Source: a virus
Taxonomy: Duplodnaviria > Heunggongvirae > Uroviricota > Caudoviricetes
Length of the DNA stretch: 17,913 bases
Strand: one strand, 5' to 3'
Virus record (IMG/VR): IMGVR_UViG_3300050821_002507
The translations under genes and the position numbers were made by a program. Below are positions 8,304-14,806 of this stretch, piece after piece. Position 1 is the stretch's first letter; the number at the start of each line of letters is the position of its first letter. The notes beneath the pieces are model-generated. The model was not told the DNA's origin. It did not search any database and was given only the letters and a program-made list of their open reading frames with translations.

Positions 8304-8558
8304 ATGCCTGAAATGACCGCAGTCGAAGCCCTCTTCAAGTGCGGCGAGGCCCTGTATGGCCAGAACTGGCTCCGACGCACGGCAAAGTTGGTTGGGATGT
8401 CACCGACTACATTCAGCAAGTGGCGGGGAGGCAAGACCAAGGCGTTTGATTCGCGGCACTCGATCTTCCCGGTCCTGGCATACAAGATGCGGATCCGGGC
8501 CAAGGAGCTTGAGGCTACGGCGGCGGAGATCGACGCTTGGCGGGACGACGGACGGTGA
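8304..8558 (+). CDS. Putative HTH (XRE/Cro-like) DNA-binding protein (84 aa)
   Basis: ATG 8304 after GGAAG; WLRRTAKLVGMSPTTFSKWRGG fits an HTH; divergent from the leftward operon. Confidence 0.7.
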   Translation: MPEMTAVEALFKCGEALYGQNWLRRTAKLVGMSPTTFSKWRGGKTKAFDSRHSIFPVLAYKMRIRAKELEATAAEIDAWRDDGR

Positions 8559-8743
8559 ACGACCTTCTAAAAATCCACGGGGAGGGAAATTGCCATATCT
8601 GCGGCCAACCGAAGATAAGCGAAGGCGCCGACATTTGCAGCTACCCTCATGGGATGATTCCAGTCAAAGCGGTTGACCCTGAACATGCTGAGGGCTTTTG
8701 GACGTGGGAGTACGTCGGTGCCGTCCAAGAACCCACGCCGTGA
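8555..8743 (+). CDS. Hypothetical protein with CxxC (62 aa)
   Basis: GTGA overlap with the upstream stop; contains CHICG. Confidence 0.65.
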   Translation: MNDLLKIHGEGNCHICGQPKISEGADICSYPHGMIPVKAVDPEHAEGFWTWEYVGAVQEPTP

Positions 8744-8894
8744 CACCGACATAATCCGCCGATTCGTCGCAGGAGAAGTAACCAAGCAGATCGCACACCT
8801 GTACGGGATAAGCGGAGAGCGCGTCTACCAGATAGTTAAACTGTACGCAGGACTCAATAGACGAAAGATTAAGGCAATGAAAAACGGAGAATAG
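8718..8894 (+). CDS. Small HTH protein (Mor / sigma region-4-like, about 58 aa)
   Basis: RDTDIIRRFVAGEVTKQIAHLYGISGERVYQIVK; GTG 8718 preceded by GGGAG (the track start is 8673). Confidence 0.7.
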   Translation: MPSKNPRRDTDIIRRFVAGEVTKQIAHLYGISGERVYQIVKLYAGLNRRKIKAMKNGE

Positions 8895-8897
8895 ACG

Positions 8898-9182
8898 ATG
8901 ATTTACCATGTAGGTCAAAAAGTTATATGTGTCCGCGATGATAAAGGACGTGTATTCCCGAATCTAAATGTCTTAACTCGCGGCACAATATACACAATTC
9001 GTGGTCTTGTGGACAATGATGGTGTGCTCCTTGAAGAAGTTATATTACCAAACTACCCTTACGACCCATGGAAGAAACATGAAGTCTCATTTGCAATAGA
9101 CCGATTCCGCCCCGTCAAGACCACGGATATCTCGATCTTCACCGCCATGCTCGCCCCATCTCCAGTCAAGGAGACGGTGTAG
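8898..9182 (+). CDS. Hypothetical phage protein (94 aa, beta-rich)
   Basis: GGAGA RBS; the VGQKVICV...GTIYTIR...RFRPV..TDISIFTAML pattern resembles Rhizobiales phage proteins (recalled, not searched). Confidence 0.8.
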   Translation: MIYHVGQKVICVRDDKGRVFPNLNVLTRGTIYTIRGLVDNDGVLLEEVILPNYPYDPWKKHEVSFAIDRFRPVKTTDISIFTAMLAPSPVKETV

Positions 9183-9517
9183 TGGCGGTCTCTGAGGTGG
9201 ATTTCACAACCGATAATTTACTTGTTAAGTCATACGAGCGATATTCGTTCGCTCACACAGATTTGCGTGGACTATACGCTTCGTTCGCTCAAACTAAGGA
9301 AATGGTGGCGGCGGAAATCTTAAATAACTCATTCGAATCAGTCGCCACAGTGAGCCTCCCCACCGCCATCGCCCTGGGTGCTGCCGCAGTTATCATAAAG
9401 AACCCAGAGGTTTCCCGTAGAGGTGTGCTGGGACTATTCTCGCGCGACCTAGATCTTGACCCTGTAGCAGAGGCAACACCTACCGCCGAAGTCGGGCGCA
9501 CCTTGGATTTCTCATGA
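9182..9517 (+). CDS. Hypothetical protein (111 aa)
   Basis: AAGGAG RBS; GTG start overlaps the upstream TAG. Confidence 0.7.
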   Translation: MAVSEVDFTTDNLLVKSYERYSFAHTDLRGLYASFAQTKEMVAAEILNNSFESVATVSLPTAIALGAAAVIIKNPEVSRRGVLGLFSRDLDLDPVAEATPTAEVGRTLDFS

Positions 9518-9798
9518 CCTTCCCCAGAATTCCAGGCGACTCAGTCTGTGACGCATTCCGCGCCGCCGCCGAAACCAATGGACTCACCCACGTAGAGGTC
9601 GGCGCAGCCCTCGCTACCCTCATAGCCGGGTGGCTGTCCTCCCTATCACCAAGCACCTTCGCAACCGACGAACAGGTTGATTCGGTCATTGATATGCTCA
9701 CGGATACAGTGAAAGTGTCACTGGAGGAGCACCGCAAGATGGTCGAGGCTATGCAGAAACCAGAACCAAAGCGGGTGTCGCCGTTCCATGAAGGATAA
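9514..9798 (+). CDS. Hypothetical protein (94 aa)
   Basis: ATGA-coupled to the upstream gene. Confidence 0.7.
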   Translation: MTFPRIPGDSVCDAFRAAAETNGLTHVEVGAALATLIAGWLSSLSPSTFATDEQVDSVIDMLTDTVKVSLEEHRKMVEAMQKPEPKRVSPFHEG

Positions 9799-9952
9799 AC
9801 CGCAGAAGCCTAAACCGATCAAGCGCGACGAATACCGCCGTTTGCCGATCACGCGCGTTCCGTACAGTGAACCGCCAACACCCGGACTGCGCCGCAAAGA
9901 ACTATCCAGCGCCTTCGGATTTCGCTATGATCCACCGGATGAGGAAGAGTGA
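9788..9952 (+). CDS. Hypothetical protein (54 aa, MKDKPQKPKPIKRDEYRRLPITRVPY...DEEE); absent from the ORF track
   Basis: Translated by hand; overlaps the upstream stop region; last gene of the plus-strand block. Confidence 0.55.
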   Translation: MKDKPQKPKPIKRDEYRRLPITRVPYSEPPTPGLRRKELSSAFGFRYDPPDEEE

Positions 9953-9954
9953 TG

Positions 9955-9963
9955 TGGTATAAT
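9955..9963 (+). promoter_or_regulatory. Extended -10 promoter element TGGTATAAT
   Basis: Exact TGn-TATAAT match in intergenic DNA. Confidence 0.45.
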
Positions 9964-10037
9964 ACTTAGTCTGGTCACGAACCTTAACGCGCCGGCAGTG
10001 GTAACGCTGCCTGACCGGTCACAATGTCAGCTTTCGG

Positions 10038-10064
10038 GGTAGTGGGCTCCTTTGAATAAGGCAG
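10038..10064 (+). repeat. Left terminal inverted repeat
   Basis: GGTAGTGGGCTCCTTTGA-ATAA-GGCAG. Confidence 0.9.
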
Positions 10065-10113
10065 CGGCGATCGGCCCCTAGCGCCGTGACGCCGGTCCCG
10101 GCATACTCGCATC

Positions 10114-10374
10114 ATGCCCGAACCACGCCGCAAACGCCCCCGTGATCCCGCCCAGCTCGCCAAACTCATGATCGATATCGCCAGCGGCGAGGTCGAGGAT
10201 CGCGAGCCGACGCCCGAGGAACAGGGCAAAAACCCGGCCGCTGTAAAACGTGGTCGGCTAGGTGGCGCCGTTGGTGGCAAGGTGCGCGCAGCCAACCCGA
10301 CTAAGGGGCGCCGCGTGGAGATTGCGAAAAAGGCCGCTAAAAGTCGCTGGAAAACCTCGGCTCGTAGTGAGTAG
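10114..10374 (+). CDS. IS-associated small basic protein (KGG-like; often annotated histone H1-like or RNA-binding)
   Basis: RPRDPAQLAKLMIDIASGE and KNPAAVKRGRLGGAVGGKVRA...EIAKKAAKSRW, a family I recognise from next to IS1/IS1595-type transposases. Confidence 0.8.
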   Translation: MPEPRRKRPRDPAQLAKLMIDIASGEVEDREPTPEEQGKNPAAVKRGRLGGAVGGKVRAANPTKGRRVEIAKKAAKSRWKTSARSE

Positions 10375-10382
10375 CCGCCAAT

Positions 10383-10580
10383 TCAGTCACTTGCTGGCGT
10401 GTAATCAATAGGCTGCGCAGTCCCTGCATCAAAATAAACGGCTGCATCATTGGCTCTACAAAGCGATAACGATATTTTCCATTCGTTCGTGCTCGCCAAT
10501 CTTCGTCGGTCTGCGGCCGGGTATCCGGGACATTCATGATGAAACCGCCTCATTTCTGGCACACTAGAGGCGTTTGTCAC
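10383..10580 (-). CDS. Possible IS passenger ORF (65 aa), divergent from the transposase
   Basis: Fills the gap between the basic protein and the transposase; no clear RBS and no recognisable motif. Confidence 0.3.
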   Translation of the reverse strand: MTNASSVPEMRRFHHECPGYPAADRRRLASTNEWKISLSLCRANDAAVYFDAGTAQPIDYTPASD

Positions 10581-10621
10581 ACACTAAAGCCGAATTAGCA
10601 ACATTTAATGCAAAAACCGTG

Positions 10622-10650
10622 TTGACACCGGCACTGTTCTCAAGCATAAG
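10622..10650 (+). promoter_or_regulatory. Sigma70-type promoter of the transposase
   Basis: TTGACA (10622-10627), 17-nt spacer, CATAAG (10645-10650), ending 7 nt before ATG 10658. Confidence 0.6.
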
Positions 10651-10657
10651 GGTGCCT

Positions 10658-11525
10658 ATGAACAGATTGACCCCAGAAGAACGTGCGAAAATCCTCCATC
10701 TTCTCTGTGAGGGCAATTCGATCCGCGCCGTCACCCGGCTAACGGGCGCGAGCAAGAAGGCCGTCACAAAGCTCCTAGTCGACGCCGGCCAAGCCGCCGC
10801 CTGGTATCAGGATCGGGTGTTCGTTAATCTCACCTGCAAAGCGCATCCAGGTCGATGAAATCTGGGCGTTCGTCTATGCCAAGCAAAAGAACGTCCCGAC
10901 CGCCAAGGCCGCGCCGGCCAATGCGGGCGACGTGTGGACATGGACCGCGATCGATGCCGATACCAAGCTGATCCCGTCTTGGTTCGTCGGCGGCCGGGAC
11001 AGTGACGCAGCGATCATCTTCATGGACGACCTTCGGTCGCGCCTTGCGAACCGCGTCCAACTGACCAGCGATGGCCACAAGGCCTACCTCGAAGCAGTCG
11101 AGGGGGCGTTCGGTGGTGACGTTGATTACGCGATGCTGGTCAAGCTCTATGGACAGTCATCGGAACTCGCCAAGGGCCGCTACAGTCCCGCTGAATGCAT
11201 CGGTGCGCGTAAGGAAGCGATCGAAGGCAATCCTGATCCGGCGCATATCAGCACGTCCTATGCCGAGCGGCAAAACCTGAACGTGCGGATGCATACCCGC
11301 CGCTTTACCCGGCTCACGAATGCATTCAGCAAGAAGGTCAAGAACCACGCGCATTCCGTGGCCCTGTTCGCGATGTACTACAATTTCGTCCGCATCCATA
11401 AGACGCTGCGGACCACGCCGGCAATGGCCGCGAAGGTGACCGAGCGGCTTTGGGAAATGGGTGATATCGTGAATGTGCTTGAGGCTTGGGAAGTGTCTAC
11501 GTCAACCAAAGGAGAAGCAGCATGA
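10658..11525 (+). pseudogene. tnp: IS1-family DDE transposase, split by a +1 frameshift at 10838-10840
   Basis: N-terminal HTH MNRLTPEERAKILHLLCEGNSIRAVTRLTG. After one extra A the frame continues KRIQVDEIWAFV...LTSDGH...YAERQN (D, D, E) to TPAMAA. Confidence 0.85.
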
Positions 11526-11764
11526 CAACGGAACAAGAGAAGCTCGGAAGAGAGCGTATGGTCGCACAGCCATTCACCCCAGTTGCGAATCTTGGCAATG
11601 ATAGCCGCGATTCACGCTCTCTCGAATACATCGCGTTCTATCTTGGCGAGATCACAAATCATCTTGCTGGGATCGCCGCTCAACTGAACAACAATAGCGT
11701 TAATGGAACGAAGATCGCGCTGGAATTACAAGGCCTCGCCCAGGTCCTTCAGATGAAGCCATAA
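11522..11764 (+). CDS. IS passenger protein (80 aa, helical)
   Basis: AAAGGAG RBS; ATGA overlap with the transposase stop. Confidence 0.7.
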   Translation: MTTEQEKLGRERMVAQPFTPVANLGNDSRDSRSLEYIAFYLGEITNHLAGIAAQLNNNSVNGTKIALELQGLAQVLQMKP

Positions 11765-11888
11765 AACCAATTTCGATCAGTTCATCATCCGTCACGGAAT
11801 CCCAGCGCGACAGGACGTCAACCGCTGTCGCGAGGGGAATCCCGCGCACAAAAAATTCATTCAACGTGGGCTTGGGTCTTGTGTTCAT
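11700..11888 (-). CDS. Possible IS passenger ORF (62 aa, MNTRPKPTLNEFFVRG...)
   Basis: ATG just inside the right IR; overlaps the convergent 11522..11764 ORF by 65 nt. Confidence 0.35.
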   Translation of the reverse strand: MNTRPKPTLNEFFVRGIPLATAVDVLSRWDSVTDDELIEIGFMASSEGPGRGLVIPARSSFH

Positions 11889-12022
11889 ATCCTGCCACAA
11901 TCAAAGGAGCCCACTACCCAGATAGGGCATTCAATCTTATGCTTTGGTAACTCGTTGCCGCATGTGTAGCAGTGCGTCTGCTTAGCGGCAATCTCACGAT
12001 CCATCTGGTCTATGGTATCCAC
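11885..12022 (-). pseudogene. Small zinc-finger gene interrupted by the IS (MDTIDQMDREIAAKQTHCYTCGNELPKHKIECPI|...)
   Basis: GTG 12022 with AGGAGG RBS; the frame crosses the IS end at 11918/11919 and stops at 11885. Confidence 0.6.
11892..11918 (-). repeat. Right terminal inverted repeat
   Basis: Minus strand reads GGTAGTGGGCTCCTTTGA-TTGT-GGCAG. Confidence 0.9.
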
Positions 12023-12031
12023 GCCATCCTC

Positions 12032-12268
12032 CTACGCCGCATCCATCCACACATGGCCGTCGCCACGACACGCACCCTTGACCGACCACGACCGCGTAAA
12101 CCAATTGTGCCAGTGGCCTAACTTCCGACGTACTGTCCCGTCAGAATACCGAACCACAAGAACCTGATAGGACTGTAGCCATACCCACCCAACATCATGT
12201 GTCAGAATCGGAATGACCGCGACACGATACCTCAATCCAACTATCGTGCCAGGAACCTTGTGCATCAT
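12032..12268 (-). CDS. Hypothetical Trp-rich protein (78 aa)
   Basis: ATG 12268 in an ATGA overlap with the upstream stop. Confidence 0.6.
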   Translation of the reverse strand: MMHKVPGTIVGLRYRVAVIPILTHDVGWVWLQSYQVLVVRYSDGTVRRKLGHWHNWFTRSWSVKGACRGDGHVWMDAA

Positions 12269-12585
12269 CGGCCGCGTCTCGGAGAATATCCGCTGCCGCC
12301 GCAAGCCACACACCCAGAACCATGGCACATGAGACACGACCGAGGATCGTACTCAGTCTGCCGGGTACTGGCATCCGTCCTTAGCCTGTGATCTGAATCG
12401 TCGTCGCCCGAATCAACCCAGTAATCGTCGCCAACGTAATCGCTTCTTAGTGTCCGGGTAGACCACCTCCACCCTGCACGGGCAATCCGCTCTAGTTCGC
12501 GGTCCCTCTCCGCTGCAACCTCGTCAGGATCGGTGTCCTCCCTAATCCTACGATCAGCCCTGCGGTCTATGTTGTCGCGACTCAT
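12265..12585 (-). CDS. Protein with a C-terminal DnaJ-type zinc-finger motif (106 aa)
   Basis: CLMCHGSG-CVACGGSG gives two CxxCxGxG repeats; GAGGG RBS before ATG 12585. Confidence 0.7.
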   Translation of the reverse strand: MSRDNIDRRADRRIREDTDPDEVAAERDRELERIARAGWRWSTRTLRSDYVGDDYWVDSGDDDSDHRLRTDASTRQTEYDPRSCLMCHGSGCVACGGSGYSPRRGR

Positions 12586-12723
12586 GCTTATGCCCTCAAT
12601 GAACACAAACCGTAACACACCATTGGTGAGGACGCAACCCGCAAAAAATCAGAAAATATTTTTTGGAAATCGGAGTAGTTCGTACAGCGTTCTAGCCCCG
12701 CAAGGGCTAATCCTCCATGCAAA

Positions 12724-12825
12724 TCACAAAACCTGCGCTAGAAGATACCCAGCCAAGATAAAAATAATGGCGAGCCCAATAGCCATCCGACCAGATAACG
12801 TAAGCGTGTAATGCGGGTACATCAT
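12724..12825 (-). CDS. Single-TM micropeptide (33 aa, MMYPHYTLTLSGRMAIGLAIIFILAGYLLAQVL); absent from the ORF track
   Basis: GGAGA RBS 4 nt upstream; one hydrophobic helix. Confidence 0.55.
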   Translation of the reverse strand: MMYPHYTLTLSGRMAIGLAIIFILAGYLLAQVL

Positions 12826-12934
12826 TGGTTCTCCAGAGTTTTTGGAAAAATATCATACATTAGGGAGGGGGCCACGAAGGCATCGGCTCGCCGGCCGCAG
12901 GGGGGGGGTGGCCTTCGATCTGTGCATACGTGCC

Positions 12935-13534
12935 CTAGCCCGTGCCGTCTGTGGCTGAGGTCTGGCGCATCGCGCGTAGCTCTGCCTCGGTCAGTCGGAC
13001 GCCGCCTGCCTTGGTGCCGTCGATGATGTCGAGCCTTGGTGCATCAGCGTCTGGTGTGCCGTTGAGCCTGCACACGTATGGCCTCCATGTGGTGTTGCGT
13101 ATGTCTACCCATGTCTTGAGGCATCTGTCACAGATCCAGGTGTACTCGGTCCCGTTCACTGGGTGGCGGAGGCATGGGCCGTTAGCCTGTCGGTCGGCTG
13201 TGGATGCGGTGGCGCGGCGGCGAGACTCGACGACATCGAGCGCCACCCAAGCTAGGCCGATACACTCATCCATGGTCAGGCCATCGCTCGACACCTTGTG
13301 CATGGCGTTGGCGGCGATGTTCGCCTCTTCCTGCGTCGGGTGACGCACTGGCCGATGGCTTGCGGTCATGGCGTCCTCTAGCTCGGCTGACGTTATGATA
13401 TTGTCCCGTACACGATTGCGCACACTCTCGGCGGCGGCGAGTGCGGCAGCGGCCATGTCCCTCCATGGAAAGAACCTCTCGCGCGGATCCATCATGGCCT
13501 CGGTCGCTGCGTCTATCTCGGCTTGTGTCGGCAT
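12935..13534 (-). CDS. Hypothetical protein (199 aa) with an internal repeat and a Cys/His cluster
   Basis: AGGA RBS; PTQAEIDAATEAM and PTQEEANIAANAM repeats; CLRH...CDRC...C. Confidence 0.75.
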   Translation of the reverse strand: MPTQAEIDAATEAMMDPRERFFPWRDMAAAALAAAESVRNRVRDNIITSAELEDAMTASHRPVRHPTQEEANIAANAMHKVSSDGLTMDECIGLAWVALDVVESRRRATASTADRQANGPCLRHPVNGTEYTWICDRCLKTWVDIRNTTWRPYVCRLNGTPDADAPRLDIIDGTKAGGVRLTEAELRAMRQTSATDGTG

Positions 13535-13574
13535 GGTTCTATCCTATCACGTAGTTGATGGATGGATGACGGCG

Positions 13575-13901
13575 CTACTTGGCACCCTTTAGGAGCGACC
13601 CAGGTGCAGCCATGTTGCGCCACGACTCACGCGGCTTGGCGCGAGGTGGCGGCACGATTGGAGTATCCATCGGATCCGGTCGAGGTGAGGCGTAGAATGG
13701 CGGCAAGCCCAGCGACAAGAGTAATGTTTCGCGCGTCTGGAGATCGGAGTCCTCCCATGCGGTCTGCAATGCCTGGGCTGTGCCAACCTTTCGCAACTCC
13801 GTCTTGGGCTTCGCCTTCTTGGCTCGGTGCGCCTTAGCTCGCTCGGCTCCAGTCATGGGCTTGTCGCCCTTCGGTTTGCGCGGCATTTTGTTACGATCCA
13901 T
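13575..13901 (-). CDS. Small basic putative DNA-binding protein (108 aa)
   Basis: KPMTGAERAKAHRAKK resembles the MTxAERxxxxR motif of small phage/plasmid regulators. Confidence 0.7.
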   Translation of the reverse strand: MDRNKMPRKPKGDKPMTGAERAKAHRAKKAKPKTELRKVGTAQALQTAWEDSDLQTRETLLLSLGLPPFYASPRPDPMDTPIVPPPRAKPRESWRNMAAPGSLLKGAK

Positions 13902-13964
13902 TCGTTACGTTACGGGTTTCGTTACTCATATCGTTACTCATATCGTTACTGTGTGCTCGTAACG
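13890..13964. repeat. GTTAC array including a 12-bp tandem repeat (CGTTACTCATAT x2 plus CGTTACT)
   Basis: GTTAC at 13890, 13904, 13909, 13921, 13933 and 13945; inverted GTAAC at 13959. Confidence 0.85.
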
Positions 13965-13971
13965 CAATACG

Positions 13972-14514
13972 CTAGTTCAGCTTGTCTTTGTCCTTGTCAC
14001 GTACAACACCGATCTGCAACGGCTGCGGCGATGTCAGCGAAGCCGGCGCGTCCACACCTAACGCCTGGAGATCCTTCAGGATTTCGTTACGTAGCTCGTC
14101 CGTGGTCATCGTTGCGGTGAGACTCCGCACGTCCGACTTGATCTCGCGTTTGTTGGTGAATACCTCGCCCATTTCCTTTGCAGCTTGCTCCATTAGCTCG
14201 GCGGCGAGCTTCACATTCTTGCGGCCGATGGCGATGACGCAGAGCTTATGCAACTCCTTCAGCCGATATGCCTTATTGGCTATCCCGATGGAATCGGTGC
14301 TCTCTAGGAACCGCTTGCGCTCGGCATGGAATAGCTCAAGCCACTGTTTTGCCGCACGAAAATTGACCGTATCAGGGTGATATCCATACAGTTGTTGAGT
14401 GCTCGCGTCGATCCCAAACTCTTCCTTTAATTCTCGCGCCGTCTCCGATACGGAAGCAAATCGGGCAAATGCACGTATAACGAAAGCTTTATGTTCTGCG
14501 GTGAGCCGGGCCAT
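13972..14514 (-). CDS. DUF2280-family protein, probable terminase small subunit
   Basis: KAFVIRAFARF...LKEEFGI...WLELFHAERKRF...IGIANKAYRL...MEQAAKEMGEVFTNK matches the DUF2280 consensus as I recall it; N-terminal HTH. Confidence 0.8.
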   Translation of the reverse strand: MARLTAEHKAFVIRAFARFASVSETARELKEEFGIDASTQQLYGYHPDTVNFRAAKQWLELFHAERKRFLESTDSIGIANKAYRLKELHKLCVIAIGRKNVKLAAELMEQAAKEMGEVFTNKREIKSDVRSLTATMTTDELRNEILKDLQALGVDAPASLTSPQPLQIGVVRDKDKDKLN

Positions 14515-14647
14515 TTTTCATGATTGTCGCGCGTTTGATACGAATGGCCCCATTTCCTAGCCGATTATCCCCGAAATGTCTACAGTGCGTATCTGCTTAC
14601 TTTTCAACGGCCGGCAATGTGCAGATTGTGTGTGCGACATATCTCGA

Positions 14648-14806
14648 TTATATCCTGGTGGTGAGGTTTAGCGGATTGCGCCGGTACCGCTCCAATTCAG
14701 CCCATAGGCATTCAAATGATTCTGGCGTGAGGTCTGTTATCTTATGGTTGCTCCATGTCTGCATTAGAACCGATTGCATGGATTCGTCACCAAAATCAAC
14801 GGTCAC
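14648..14806 (-). CDS. Hypothetical protein (52 aa, MTVDFGDESMQSVLMQTW...); absent from the ORF track
   Basis: GTG overlaps the upstream TGA (GTGA). Confidence 0.5.
   Translation of the reverse strand: MTVDFGDESMQSVLMQTWSNHKITDLTPESFECLWAELERYRRNPLNLTTRI

Larger units (their letters stand above)
10038..11918 (+). mobile_element. IS1-family insertion sequence with passenger genes (ISMhu11-like organisation), 1881 bp
   Basis: Perfect 18-bp terminal IR GGTAGTGGGCTCCTTTGA (10038-10055 and 11901-11918), with the IS1-type GGnnnTG end; encloses a DDE transposase; no flanking direct repeat. Confidence 0.85.

Noticed and set aside
10000-10011. GGTAACGCTGCC resembles the classic IS1 left end
   Set aside because: No matching inverted partner found; the true IR pair is 10038/11918.
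10834-10845. Programmed IS1-type -1 frameshift
   Set aside because: The downstream frame is +1 relative to the upstream one and there is no A6C or X XXY YYZ slippery site.
10028-11928. Target-site duplication around the IS
   Set aside because: The 8-10-bp flanks do not match beyond CAG.
12693-12709. Hairpin as an intrinsic terminator
   Set aside because: No U-tract follows on either strand.
12863-12911. G-quadruplex from GGG/G5/G9 runs
   Set aside because: The loop between G5 and G9 is long; kept only as part of the candidate terminus region.
13920-13950. 12-bp repeats as a possible CRISPR array
   Set aside because: The repeats are too short and directly tandem with no unique spacers; no cas genes.
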